Of a stretch of 64,000 nucleotides of DNA, positions 32,075-42,193 are shown piece after piece. Origin of the DNA: an uncultured Gammaproteobacteria bacterium (GTDB lineage Bacteria > Pseudomonadota > Gammaproteobacteria > CAWCPV01); contig CAWCPV010000002.1 of the NCBI GenBank assembly GCA_963797555.1, forward strand, positions 205,561 to 269,560. The letters run 5' to 3'. Each line of letters opens with the position of its first letter. The first letter of the stretch is position 1. The notes under the pieces were generated by a model. That model was not told the origin of the DNA, did not search any database, and was given only the letters and a program-made list of their open reading frames with translations. Both the position numbers and the translations under genes were made by a program.

Positions 32075-34036
32075 TCACGAAACGCCCGGGTACGCGTTTC
32101 GCAGATCAAAGGCTTTTCTCCAATAAGCCCGCTCTCGGGCCTCGTAATACTCCGGGCCGCGTTTGCGTATTACCCGCTCAGGCAATCTTTCGGCAATAGC
32201 AAGGCGCTTGCTCGTATCCGACGCCGTGTCAGAATGCGTCAGATCACCGAGCGCCTCCGCTTCTTCCATGGTGGGATTGTTGACCAGCCTAAAAAACGGG
32301 TCAGCCCATCGCTGCGAAACGAATGGATCAATACCGTATTCGAGGATGAGGGGCAGAACCGTATCGATGAACTGAAACGCTCCTTTCTGCACCCGTTGTG
32401 CAAGCTCCCGGACTTTCTCGTCGTCTTTGTTGTCTTCGAGGATCGGCGCCACGTTACCGTCCTTCTCCTCGTATCCGAGCGTCGTTCCGTGGGGTGCCAT
32501 GAGCGCAAATTCGAGCAACTCCACGCCTCCGTTGATAAGACTTTCCGTGAGCGACCATGGATCGTTTTCATTGACAAGATAACCCCAAAACACATTGCGC
32601 GGAAGATAGTTCTGCGGAAGCATGCCGAAGGTTCCGAGGTAGTAGCCGTGCACGTGAAAATCCGTCCGCACGAGCTGCAGGAGCCGCGAAAACCCCCCCT
32701 GCATGTTTCCGGTCCAGCCGATGTCCACGATCCCGACCCGTCGGACTCCTTGTGCAAGATCGGCGACGTAACGGGTCGGGAGGGGGCGCTTTCTCTTTGC
32801 CTCGAGCAGAATGTTGCTCCAGAGCGAATTAAGGAGACGAAACATTCGTATGTCGCTGTTCGGAACGATTTCGTCGACGAAGGCATATCCTGCCCGCTTG
32901 ATCTCCTGAAGATAATGGTGGGGATTCATGCCCAGTTTCCGCAAATGAAACCCGACGGTTCGCGTGGCCCGCCCGCTGAAAAGGTGCCAGACCCGGTCGA
33001 TGGGAAAATCGACGAAGCTCGGGAGAAGAATCGCTGCCCGCGAGAAATATGCGTATTTGAGCTCCACGTCCGCACCGAGCAGATCGCCGTACCCTTGGAA
33101 GACCTGGTACGGAAGGTAGGCATCCCGCGCAAAAAAAAGCATGCGTTCAACCCTGTGCTGTCTTGCAAGCCGCGTTGTCCAGAGAATATTCCCGAGAAAA
33201 AGCGGTCCGAAAACCTGCAGGCCAATATCTTCCCAGAATTCAGGTTCCTCCTCCATAATCCGCTTCCGTATCGAACCCATCATCAGCGACCAGATGTGAT
33301 TGTCCGCACCCGGTTTTTCCTGCGGCATACGGAGCTGCGGTTCGGCGTTATGCTTAAGGTAATTGAAGAATTCGGCGTGCAAGCCGGCGGCACGGGGAAC
33401 AATCACATCTGCATGTTCATTGTCGCCAAAGTGCACAACATCGCCCGGTGTCGCCGAAAACCTCCGCAAAACTTCTTCATACATCGAGCCTTGGTGTTTG
33501 CTCTTCCGCAGTTCCCATGACACCAGGAGGGTATGCGGTCCCGCATAGCCGCACACGGATAGAAGCTTTGCGATGAAACGGGAGGGAAGATACATGTCCG
33601 AACACAAGACGACCTCGCAGGCGCCCTGTGCCGCAACCCGATAGACCTCCAGCATGAGCGGGTTCGGATGGCAAAGCCGCTCTTCAAGCTCGAGTTCCAG
33701 GTTCTTCAGGTAACCGCGTTGCTCCTCCGTCAAATGGAGGATGTCGGCCAATACTTCATAGATGTCGTCGATTCCCACTTCCGGCGTGCCGGCCGACGCC
33801 ATCAACCGCACGCGCGCCTCTGCTTCCGCTTCACTCCTCTTTTGTGCGAAATTGCACGCTATTCCAGGGTTGTAAAGGCCGAATTCCCGGTGCTTCAGCA
33901 GCGCCCCGGCCACGTCGAACACATCCGTCGGCCGGTGCACGGTACGATGGATAAGTGTATCGAACACGTCGAAGGAGACGACCTTCGCCGCGATTATTCG
34001 CGTTGTGTAGTCCTCAAGCAGTTGTTCGCTGTTCAT
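32075..34036 (-). CDS. HAD-superfamily hydrolase of the type found in polysaccharide clusters
   Basis: VSFDVFDTLIHR, LCSDMYLP, HFGDNEHADV, FFARDAY, VDIGWTGNMQ. The start may instead be 34090. Confidence 0.85.
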   Translation of the reverse strand: MNSEQLLEDYTTRIIAAKVVSFDVFDTLIHRTVHRPTDVFDVAGALLKHREFGLYNPGIACNFAQKRSEAEAEARVRLMASAGTPEVGIDDIYEVLADILHLTEEQRGYLKNLELELEERLCHPNPLMLEVYRVAAQGACEVVLCSDMYLPSRFIAKLLSVCGYAGPHTLLVSWELRKSKHQGSMYEEVLRRFSATPGDVVHFGDNEHADVIVPRAAGLHAEFFNYLKHNAEPQLRMPQEKPGADNHIWSLMMGSIRKRIMEEEPEFWEDIGLQVFGPLFLGNILWTTRLARQHRVERMLFFARDAYLPYQVFQGYGDLLGADVELKYAYFSRAAILLPSFVDFPIDRVWHLFSGRATRTVGFHLRKLGMNPHHYLQEIKRAGYAFVDEIVPNSDIRMFRLLNSLWSNILLEAKRKRPLPTRYVADLAQGVRRVGIVDIGWTGNMQGGFSRLLQLVRTDFHVHGYYLGTFGMLPQNYLPRNVFWGYLVNENDPWSLTESLINGGVELLEFALMAPHGTTLGYEEKDGNVAPILEDNKDDEKVRELAQRVQKGAFQFIDTVLPLILEYGIDPFVSQRWADPFFRLVNNPTMEEAEALGDLTHSDTASDTSKRLAIAERLPERVIRKRGPEYYEARERAYWRKAFDLRNAYPGVS

Positions 34037-34067
34037 CGCCGGAGTTCTGAAGTCAGCGGAGAGGCGT

Positions 34068-35132
34068 TCACCGGCCGTGCCGTGTGACAAACCACGATTT
34101 CACCTTGCGGACGGCAGCCCCGGGCCCCCGGGAAAACAGAACGCGAAAAAATTGCTTGGCATAATGCCGTTGCTTTCCCGACGCCAGCCACAACCGTGCC
34201 AGTTGCACCGAGCGTTTCCAGCGGCGCGAGAACGTGCCCAACTCCCTCTCCGTCGTCCGCGTAGAACCGAACGAAGATGGTTGTCCCTCGGATTTCCGGA
34301 TGGTCTGCTGGAGATCGTGGATGGCCTGCCGCACGGTGACGTGAGCGCCGACACCGGTTCCGTGGGCGTGGATATCCCGTCTCAGCCACTCGTTCTTCAA
34401 CACTGTGGCATAAAGGTCGTGACGGCTGCGATCAGCAATAATCGTGTTGCCGTATACGGTCTGGTCGGCAACGCGGTGGTGATAGAAGGCCAGAAACTGA
34501 GGGATGATAAAAATATCATAGCGGCACATGAAACGGACATTGAAGTCCCAGTCACCCAGGACGGGAAGCTCCGGCCGAAAGAATCCCACCTCCCGAGCTG
34601 CGTCGTACCGGAAGAGAAACTGTATGGGTGCGAACTGGTTTTCGGTGAGAATCCCGTCGAGGGACACAAGGCCCCTCTTATCGGAGGTGCGATACGGCTC
34701 GGTCCAGTCGATGTGGACTACATTGCCCTCAATGCGCTCAAAGACGGCGTTGGCGAGCGTTACCACTCCTGCGACTGTGGGAAGCGCCTTCCGTATCTCC
34801 TCAAGCTCCGCCACCGCAACCGTGAGAAATTCCGGCGCCCAGGTGTCGTCGTCGTCGTGAATCGCCAAATACTGCGTCTGGACGGTATCTACGCCTTTGT
34901 TGCTCGCGGCCTCCATCCCGAGAGACTCGGGGTTATGGATAACTGAGATCCGGCCCCGTGACAGTGATGCGTAATGCTTAACGAGGCGGTCCACGTCAGC
35001 CGGGTCTCCCCCATCGTTGACGATAACCATGCGCCAGTCGTTATAACTTTGGTTGACGACACTTGCAATGGCCCGCGTGAGGAGAACGGGCCGATCCTTT
35101 GTGCGCGTGATAATGCCGACCGATGCCTCCAT
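34068..35132 (-). CDS. GT2-family glycosyltransferase
   Basis: IITRTKDRP, IVNDGG, AIHDDDDTW, LGDWDFNVR. Confidence 0.88.
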   Translation of the reverse strand: MEASVGIITRTKDRPVLLTRAIASVVNQSYNDWRMVIVNDGGDPADVDRLVKHYASLSRGRISVIHNPESLGMEAASNKGVDTVQTQYLAIHDDDDTWAPEFLTVAVAELEEIRKALPTVAGVVTLANAVFERIEGNVVHIDWTEPYRTSDKRGLVSLDGILTENQFAPIQFLFRYDAAREVGFFRPELPVLGDWDFNVRFMCRYDIFIIPQFLAFYHHRVADQTVYGNTIIADRSRHDLYATVLKNEWLRRDIHAHGTGVGAHVTVRQAIHDLQQTIRKSEGQPSSFGSTRTTERELGTFSRRWKRSVQLARLWLASGKQRHYAKQFFRVLFSRGPGAAVRKVKSWFVTRHGR

Positions 35133-35400
35133 TTCAGATGAATTGGTCTCCGTGGTTTCGATATACTGTGACCCCGAGAAGCCTGCCTGAAATCCGCAAC
35201 GACGGTTCCGGGATAGTGCCCCCATCGCGGCGCGAGGCAGGCTGCTCTTGGGACCGGAAAAGTCTCACGGCGTCGCCGAAGAAACCGCCCACATGGTCAA
35301 GGTGCGGGCTGACCGACATGGGCAGGCCCTTCCGCCCCGCTGCGGGCGAAAAATTGCCACGCGCGAAATATCGTGTCGAGGGAGCGAGAAATCCTTGTTC

Positions 35401-36624
35401 TCACGCGGGTGTCAGGGTATGCGTAAGAGTTTCCTGAGCCTGCGGAACGGCTGGAGAATGCCGTAGCCCAGTCGATAACTCGACGTTCTGGAATGCTTGG
35501 ATGAGTTCGGCATCCTTTGCCATGAGGGCTTGTTGAAGTGCCATGAGGGCTTCTTGAAGCCGTGCCAGAGCGGCGTCCTTTTCCACGTTAAAGCCATGAA
35601 GTTGTCGAATCGAATCTTCCCGCTGCCACAGCATGTCGCGAAAGACGTTTCTTTCCGCGTCCCGTTCGTCGCGCATGCAAGCGATGCGTTCGTCTTTCAC
35701 GGTGAGCTGGCCGAGGAGTTTCTCGATGGCCATATCCTTTTCCCACAAAATATCCCGCACGCGGCGGAGTTCTTCCGCCTCTTTCCGGCCAAGGCGCGCG
35801 CTCTCTTCAGCCGTGTGCGCTTCCACTTTGCGAAGCTGACGCTCCAGAGCCTTGTACCGGGGAAGGTCGGAGGACGCCATAAAGCTGGGATACCACGCCA
35901 GAAGCACATCGAACGTTTCCCGGTTCGGTGCCACGCGGTCTTCACGGATCGTATTGCCACCGTGGAGTCGGTAGCGCAGGAGCCGTTGCTCCCGAAGGAA
36001 CAGAAGTCCGTGAGGCTGGTCGGCGAGAAACCGAAAAATGAACTCGTAGTCGAGGACATAGCGGTAGTCGTTGAAGCGTCCGATGCTGTCAAAGACATCC
36101 CGCCGCACGAGAAAGTTGGAGGTTGTCAGGAGGATGTTTCCCGCAAGAAGAGCCTGGACGATATCGCCGGTCTCGACGTAAATCCGCTTCAGATCGTCAT
36201 ACCAGGAAAGCCACCAGTGAGCTTTGTCGCGAATGATGGTTCCGTCGGCGTCGACGAGTTCCACATCGGAGGCGACGAACGTCGCACCCGTTTCATTGGC
36301 CGCATGCATCAGGCGTTCGAGGCGGTTCGGTGCAAAGACATCGTCGGAGTTGAGGATCGCTATGAAGGCCCCGCGGCTTTGTCCGATGCCTTCATTCAGT
36401 GTTGCGGCTGCGCCCCGGTTCTGTTCGTGATGCATACGCCGCACCCGACGGTCGTCAAACCCGTCCACGATCTCGCGGGTGGCGTCCGTGGACGCGTCAT
36501 CGATCACGATGAGCTCAAGGTCCTCGACGGTCTGGGAAAGCGCGCTCCGGATCGCCGTTTCCACGTACCTTTCGTGGTTATATGCAGGGATAACGATGCT
36601 GACGGCCGGGTTGTTCGTCATCAC
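35401..36624 (-). CDS. GT2-family glycosyltransferase with a C-terminal coiled coil (possible frameshift near 35480)
   Basis: VSIVIPAYNH, IIDDASTD, ILNSDD, DYEF. An alternative-frame tail SSYRLGYGILQPFRRLRK (to 35412) looks like the natural end. Confidence 0.85.
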   Translation of the reverse strand: MMTNNPAVSIVIPAYNHERYVETAIRSALSQTVEDLELIVIDDASTDATREIVDGFDDRRVRRMHHEQNRGAAATLNEGIGQSRGAFIAILNSDDVFAPNRLERLMHAANETGATFVASDVELVDADGTIIRDKAHWWLSWYDDLKRIYVETGDIVQALLAGNILLTTSNFLVRRDVFDSIGRFNDYRYVLDYEFIFRFLADQPHGLLFLREQRLLRYRLHGGNTIREDRVAPNRETFDVLLAWYPSFMASSDLPRYKALERQLRKVEAHTAEESARLGRKEAEELRRVRDILWEKDMAIEKLLGQLTVKDERIACMRDERDAERNVFRDMLWQREDSIRQLHGFNVEKDAALARLQEALMALQQALMAKDAELIQAFQNVELSTGLRHSPAVPQAQETLTHTLTPA

Positions 36625-36701
36625 ATGTGGTCACGCATTGTTTGCGGCATCTCTCACCGCCCGTCAGCGCTTTATACCTGCGCGGGGTACACACAGAGCG
36701 T

Positions 36702-36820
36702 TAGTACTGTCTCGAACTTACCTACACGTTTGGCCAACGCCGCGATCAATAGGGTTCGATGCACAATCAATGCATTGCGAGCTCGATTAAGCGTAAAGCG
36801 ATTTCTGAGACACTACACTA
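36702..36820 (+). mobile_element. Short IS630-derived remnant or MITE
   Basis: The right end encodes ..KAISETLH* and ends CACTACACTAG, like the IS630 end at 14969. The left end TAGTACTGTCTC is an imperfect IR. Confidence 0.5.
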
Positions 36821-36829
36821 GCACGGAGA

Positions 36830-37080
36830 CCATTCTGAACGATAGGCGGCAGCGGCCCAAAGGGAATATAAGTTCTGCATGAGAAGAATCTGGCGCGAAA
36901 ACGGCTTTCCGAATCGCTCGCCGGGTATGGCCGGGTCCGGCTGCCCGTCGGCAGAAAAGAACGGTGTTCCCCGGCCCCGTAGACGACATCGGTGGGGGGT
37001 CGCAAGCTTCTTCGATCGAGGGTGTGAGGGCCTTCTTGTGTATAGACATCGTCGTCGTGGAGGAAGGTGATCCATTCAAA
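36830..37080 (-). pseudogene. Glycosyltransferase (GT2-like) fragment cut at the oriIS junction
   Basis: EWITFLHDDDVY...DVVYG begins right at the oriIS. Confidence 0.5.
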
Positions 37081-37490
37081 GTGTAGGAAATTCAAACGCA
37101 CCTGGCCGCACCTGGCGTAGGGGAAGCTTAGATCCTGTGGCGGGGAGCGGTCAAGGTTCTGGGGCTCGGCGCAGTGGGGCAGATCCGCAGGTGCATTTGA
37201 CTTCCGCAGGCTGGTCGAGCCCGCCGCAGGAGGGTAGCTGGTGGTTGCGTTGGGGGCTTCCCGGCGCGCTGCGCGAACGCTGCCGTTCCCGTTGCGGACA
37301 AGTTCCGTTGCTGGGCATGCTAGCTCAGGGTCTGGTCGAATTCGGCGGCTGTGAAAGGGTGACGCCCATTCGGGCGGGCCTCGCGCGGGGGGCTGCGCGC
37401 GGCGGCTGGGTCGGTTCCCCGAGTTGCCGGAGAATGCGGGTGACCGAGGCCGTATGGGTCATGAAGGCGATGCTCCGAAGCGACCGGGGT
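37081..37490 (-). mobile_element. ISCR/IS91-family remnant: transposase C-terminus plus oriIS
   Basis: IAFMTHTASVTRILRQLGEPTQPPRAAP resembles IS91-like transposase C-termini. GCGTTTGAATTTCCTACAC (37099-37081, minus) is 2 mismatches from the ISCR oriIS consensus as I recall it (GCGTTTGAACTTCCTATAC). Confidence 0.75.
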
Positions 37491-38148
37491 TGATGCGACA
37501 TGCCCGTTGGTCGTGGTGGGCCGCACTCGACGCTGCTGCGTACCGGTAGCCAGTACCATTGGCGGTCCCGCATGGCGGCGGCAATGGCGAGCGTGGCCTC
37601 AAGCACTGTCGCGGCGCAGACCACCGGCGCTCCAGCATGTCGTCGGCGTCGAAGATGCTGATGATGAACGTCACCAACCGGAGCTTGCGGGGGAGCTTGC
37701 CACGGGCGTTGCGGGCTCGTAGGACTTCGGCGTGCCTGTTGTAACACGACGGGCAGAGCCTCCCGCTGATAAGCCGCCGTGCTTGGCGTCCACACCGGGA
37801 GCAGCAGCGCTCGACCAGGCGTCGAAGCTCGTGCGCTCCAGGGGTCTGCGGCATCATGACGACGCCGGCATGCCGCACGCCAATGGCACAGCTACGGCAG
37901 AAGCGGAGGGGATGGCCCACATCCGCTTTTTCGCGTCTCGCGCAGCGCCATCGAGCGGCGCAGGCTTCGGGACTGAGTTTGAGGTGCCCGGGTGTCTTGG
38001 GGCATGTGAAAAGAGCGGATGGCGAGGCGGACGAGGGTACAGCGGAAGACACAGTAGAAGGCACAGCGGCAGGCTGAAGCATCGGCAACCCCCCGTGTTG
38101 GTTATCGGGTGCTGTCGTCATACTCCATCCGAAAGCCAGGGGGCGCAA
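37459..38148 (-). CDS. Cys-rich hypothetical protein, possibly of phage or mobile-element origin
   Basis: FTCP..CAARW..CRSCAIG..CSRCG..LCPSCYNR: multiple CxxC pairs. The start may be the ATG near 38082. Confidence 0.55.
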   Translation of the reverse strand: MRPLAFGWSMTTAPDNQHGGLPMLQPAAVPSTVSSAVPSSASPSALFTCPKTPGHLKLSPEACAARWRCARREKADVGHPLRFCRSCAIGVRHAGVVMMPQTPGAHELRRLVERCCSRCGRQARRLISGRLCPSCYNRHAEVLRARNARGKLPRKLRLVTFIISIFDADDMLERRWSAPRQCLRPRSPLPPPCGTANGTGYRYAAASSAAHHDQRACRINPGRFGASPS

Positions 38149-38405
38149 TGGCAGGGTGAAAACAGCGGTCCTTCACCTCCTGACACCTGTTCAGCGGGTT
38201 TTGGCTGCTTGCCTGCTGGTGGAACCGTTATCGCACCCACCGCCCACGGGGCTATGCTTCGGGACTTCTCTCGCATCCCCGATCCGGTAGCCCATCGCAT
38301 CGTAGCACCGAAGCCGACCGCGAGACTTTGCGCCGGGTCTGAGTATTGGCGGCAGCTTGGTTTTTGGCGAAGGGTTCTGTGTTGGCTCGGGTAAGTCGTG
38401 CGAAC

Positions 38406-38928
38406 TGGCGGATCGGTTCAGTGCGCGGAAGAAATGTAGCCGCAGGGTCTCGAGAACGTGCGTCCGGCAAGCTTGCGGGCAGACCGACGGCCAGAGGAAT
38501 GGGCCAAGCGCCGCGCTGAAGCGTGCGGCTAGCGAGCATCGGGCCTGGCGGCGACCCAAGCCTGCAAACGCATGCGCAGCCGAGTCAGCTCCTCGCCCGA
38601 CACCAGCCGGATATCGGAGAGCGCCGCGCGCTCGCGGTGCCGTGGACCGGCCGTAAACCAGCTCACCAGCATGGGTCGCGCAACCAGGCCCCCGACCTTG
38701 CGGATGCTGTCCAGCTTGTAGAGCATTTGGGTCAGCTCGTCGGCATCGTCGTCGTCCCCGCGCGGGCGGGCGGTCTTGCACTCGACGATGCACAGGTGGT
38801 TGCGCGCCAGGAACGCGACGTCCAGCTCATTCTGTACGGGCGGAGATCCCGAGTCCGCGCGCACCTGGAGGTTCGCTGCCACTTCGTCGATACCCCACGC
38901 CGCTGCGTTCAGGGAGAGGGTGGCGGCC
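38406..38928. repeat. ~520-bp direct repeat, copy 2
   Basis: Partner of 31458-31981; includes GCAAGCTTGC at 38467-38476. Confidence 0.93.
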
Positions 38929-39698
38929 ACATGCTGCTCGAGCCAGCCGCCGTTCGCGAAGCTGCGTCTCTGCTCGTCGGGGAACCGTACGCTGCCGCTG
39001 CGAGCGTCGAAGGCCAGGACACCGGCCTGGTCCAGCCGCCGGAGCAGCGTCAGCACCCGGCGGTCCCGAATCTGTCCGGAGTTGAGGGTCACCGGGCCGC
39101 CGGTGTTGCGGGCCTGCGCGGCCGCCCAGTTGAGCGTCCGCAAGGCCGGGTCCTGAGAGGCCGCGAGCTCGGTGAGCTCCGCCGTCAGCGCCTCGTCCCG
39201 ATACGCGCTCCCCGTCTCCCGCGACACTTCTTGATAGCCATATGCCCTCAGGTAGTCGCGGATGCTCAGGTGGCTCTCCAGCTCGAACCCGGCCCGCTCG
39301 TGCGGGTGCAGCCAGGTCAGCGTGTTGTCGGTCTCCACGTAGAGGGCGGGCAGCCCGCGGCGGCGGAACACCTCGTAGGCGGCGATGGACATGGGCTTCT
39401 GCCCGCCCGTGGCGTTCAGCACCGCCCCCTCGGCGCCGACCTCGGCCAGACACCGCTGCACGTCCTCGCGCACGCGGGCGAGGTTCAAGCGATCGATGAG
39501 CGGCCAGAGCGTCGGCTGCACGCCGTGGCCTTCGAGCACGGCGCAGAGGCGCTCGGCGCGCTGGGACATCTCGGGGCTGGTGAACAGCACCACCTGGCGG
39601 GGCCGCAAGCGGCTGTCCAACACCGCAGCGAGGTTGGGAATGGGCTGCCCGGAGACGATACAGAAATGGGTCGTGAAGGGATGCAGCGTCTCAGCCAA
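38529..39698 (-). CDS. Card1/Can2-like CARF plus restriction-endonuclease-fold effector (DUF1887)
   Basis: CIVSGQPIPNL and NATGGQKPMS (CARF); NGGWLEQHV and NELDVAF..IVECKT (PD-D/ExK). Confidence 0.85.
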   Translation of the reverse strand: MAETLHPFTTHFCIVSGQPIPNLAAVLDSRLRPRQVVLFTSPEMSQRAERLCAVLEGHGVQPTLWPLIDRLNLARVREDVQRCLAEVGAEGAVLNATGGQKPMSIAAYEVFRRRGLPALYVETDNTLTWLHPHERAGFELESHLSIRDYLRAYGYQEVSRETGSAYRDEALTAELTELAASQDPALRTLNWAAAQARNTGGPVTLNSGQIRDRRVLTLLRRLDQAGVLAFDARSGSVRFPDEQRRSFANGGWLEQHVAATLSLNAAAWGIDEVAANLQVRADSGSPPVQNELDVAFLARNHLCIVECKTARPRGDDDDADELTQMLYKLDSIRKVGGLVARPMLVSWFTAGPRHRERAALSDIRLVSGEELTRLRMRLQAWVAARPDAR

Positions 39699-40965
39699 TG
39701 TAGGCGTCCGGAAGCTGCGGGAAGCCTGTGACGTGAGCCGCCTTCATCTCTGCGGCCAGTGCGGGCACGAATATCTCCTCCGCCCAGCTCCGCATCCGTT
39801 CCCACTGGGCAGGGCCGATGGGGCGGAAACCGTGCGCGAGGATGGAGGCGTTACGCACGAGCAACTGATCGAGGAGTGCATCGTGGCGTTCGGCGAAGAA
39901 GCGCGCCGCGGGTCCGCCCGTATGCTGCTGGACGAGCTGCCAGGCGGCGAAGAGCCCCGCCTGGAGTTTTCCCTCCCGGTTCACTGTCGCCAGCCCTTCC
40001 GGGTCCTTGTCCGCCGGCAGGTCCGCCGTGTCCAGCCCGGCACGTGCGCGCAGCACCCACTGGGCAGTCCATTCCAGGACCCGGTACAGGCGCGCCACCG
40101 CGTCGTCGTAGCGCCCCGCGCGAGCGCGCCGCTCCGCGTTGAGCCACAGGTCCCAGATGCGCAGCGGCTCGCGCCGGGGCGATTCGTCGCCGGTCAAGAC
40201 CTCGAGCGCGCCGAAGTAAGCGCCGAGCGGCCCGGCAATGACGGGCGCATACGGACGCAAGCGGCGCAGCGCTTCCGTATGGTCGAAGCGGTCCCACGCG
40301 GCGAGGGCTGCGCTCAGGTCCCGAGCGCGGCTCAGCTCCGCGGCGAGCGGTACGTCGCGAGGGGCGGCGACAGCCTCCAGCGCCTCCGCCGCTTCGTCGT
40401 AAGCGAAGCGTCGCCAAGGGGCCAGGGCTGCGGCCATGGCGCGGCGGACGCGGATGCGCTCCACCGAGGCGAGGACCGCGTGCTCGGTGCCGTCCAGCAC
40501 GCGCACGAGGTCTCCCCGGTTGCCCGTCACGAGCTGCAGATCGACGCCGCCCGCTTCCAGCGCCGCGAGCGCCAGCGCCGCGGTCATCGTTTTGGTGCCG
40601 CCCGTGTAGTCCGCGGCCAACCGGGCCCCCGGAAAGCGTTCGCGGACACGCTCGATGTCTCGTTGGAGGAGGTGGAACGCGTCGTCCAAACCGTCCGCCG
40701 GCACTTCCAGCACCTCGTACGCCCCTTCGGCCAGACCGGCCTGCGCGGGAATGTTGGGCAGGCTGGGCGCGGGGTCGTCGCGGCTCGCCTTGATGACGTT
40801 GCCCTTGCCGAGCACCTGCGTGGCCGACCCCAATCGGCCCGTGCCGGGGTCCCGTCCGGTGCAGACGAAAATCACGTGCGCCGGCCGCAGCGAGCGAATG
40901 GCCGTCACAATGGGCTCGTGGGAGCCGCCGACGGTGCAGAACAGGATGACCTGGCTCTCGCTCAT
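39691..40965 (-). CDS. TIGR02710-like CARF-HEPN (Csm6-like) CRISPR effector
   Basis: FCTVGGSHEPIV and DYTGGTKTMTAAL (CARF); YDDAVARLYR; HEPN-like RNASILAHG. Confidence 0.85.
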   Translation of the reverse strand: MSESQVILFCTVGGSHEPIVTAIRSLRPAHVIFVCTGRDPGTGRLGSATQVLGKGNVIKASRDDPAPSLPNIPAQAGLAEGAYEVLEVPADGLDDAFHLLQRDIERVRERFPGARLAADYTGGTKTMTAALALAALEAGGVDLQLVTGNRGDLVRVLDGTEHAVLASVERIRVRRAMAAALAPWRRFAYDEAAEALEAVAAPRDVPLAAELSRARDLSAALAAWDRFDHTEALRRLRPYAPVIAGPLGAYFGALEVLTGDESPRREPLRIWDLWLNAERRARAGRYDDAVARLYRVLEWTAQWVLRARAGLDTADLPADKDPEGLATVNREGKLQAGLFAAWQLVQQHTGGPAARFFAERHDALLDQLLVRNASILAHGFRPIGPAQWERMRSWAEEIFVPALAAEMKAAHVTGFPQLPDAYIG

Positions 40966-41576
40966 GGTCGAGACAGCGGGACCCAGCCGAGGGAGCCGAG
41001 GTCCACGGCGACCTCCGGGAATGCCTTCGGGCGTGCGGCGCCTGCGCGGTAGTAATCCACGTGCCGGTACTCGCCGGCCTCGGGGCCGTGGTAGACATCG
41101 AGCCGCTTCTCCGGCAGGTCGAACAGCCAGACCTCGGGGATACCGCGGCGGGCGTAGAGCGGAACTTTCACCTCGCGGTCGTACCGCCCAGTGGTGTCGG
41201 CCACTTCGACGAGCAGCAGGACATCTTCGGGGCCGGGATGGGCGGAGCGGTAAAAATCGTCCCTGAACTTGAGCACGGCGAGGTCGGGCTGGGGCTCGGA
41301 GTGATCGTCGAGCCGAACCGGGTCCTGGACACTCACCACGGCCCGGTCGCGCACCCCGACCGCGAGCAGGTGGTTCAGCAGCTTGACGATGCCCGTATGC
41401 TCGCTGCCTAGCGGCGCCATGTCGACCAGCGCCCCCTCGATCAGCTCGACGCGCTCGCCCGGCTTGAAGATACCGGCCTCGCCCATGCGCTGATACACCT
41501 CCACCGTAATCATGCGCCGGGCTGGCAACAGCGCCTCCTCGACCCGGTGCTCGTCAGCCGCAACGCTCATGACCAT
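40962..41576 (-). CDS. Uma2-family (DUF820) endonuclease-fold protein
   Basis: ERVELIEG, SEPQPDLAV, LLVEVADT, KVPLYARRGIPEVW. Confidence 0.88.
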   Translation of the reverse strand: MVMSVAADEHRVEEALLPARRMITVEVYQRMGEAGIFKPGERVELIEGALVDMAPLGSEHTGIVKLLNHLLAVGVRDRAVVSVQDPVRLDDHSEPQPDLAVLKFRDDFYRSAHPGPEDVLLLVEVADTTGRYDREVKVPLYARRGIPEVWLFDLPEKRLDVYHGPEAGEYRHVDYYRAGAARPKAFPEVAVDLGSLGWVPLSRP

Positions 41577-41776
41577 ACCTCACGCCTCATCCCGGCAGCA
41601 GAATCCTATCCGAGCCCCCGATCCTTGCCCGGAATCGGCGCCGAGCGATTGAAACACCCTCAGGGAGCGCTCGTGGCCCTCGTCCTCCGCAGAGCTCCTG
41701 GCGGCGCTCTCCTGCCAGACGTTAGCACGCTTCATCGTTCTGTGCACCGAAGGCCCCCAAGGAACGCCGTCGACAA

Positions 41777-42193
41777 TCAGCGCGGCCTCTGCGCCAGCGC
41801 CCAATCGAAGAACCGCCGGTACAGCGCAAGCGCCGGCTCCACCGCCGCGATCACGCGATCGAGGTCGATCACGTCGTAGAGGTGCGTGAGAACGTTGCGC
41901 ATACCGCAGGCGTCGACCAGCGGGTCGGCTAGGTCCCGCGGCATGGCGTCAAGCTGCGCCAGGGCCAGAAAGACTTCCCGATAGCTCGACGCGAGGCCGA
42001 AACCGCGCGCTTTGAGCACCTGCAAGCCGATGTCCGCGGCCGACTCGCACAAGAGCTGCAGCAACCGCTCGATGGCGTAGTGCTGGCGCCGGCGTTCCTC
42101 AGGAGCCAGCCGCCCGTAGGGCTCCAGATCCATCAGAAACTGGCGCAGGAAGCCGAGCTTGCGCTCGAACACCTCGCGGCTAGGCGGGCTCAT
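41777..42193 (-). CDS. HEPN (DUF86/HepT-like) RNase toxin
   Basis: GMRNVLTHLY matches Rx4HxY; AIERLLQLLCE. Confidence 0.88.
   Translation of the reverse strand: MSPPSREVFERKLGFLRQFLMDLEPYGRLAPEERRRQHYAIERLLQLLCESAADIGLQVLKARGFGLASSYREVFLALAQLDAMPRDLADPLVDACGMRNVLTHLYDVIDLDRVIAAVEPALALYRRFFDWALAQRPR

Noticed and set aside
31458-38928. The direct repeat as a simple assembly artefact
   Set aside because: The copies differ at about 17 positions including amino-acid changes, and an oriIS explains the geometry. A strain chimera cannot be fully excluded.
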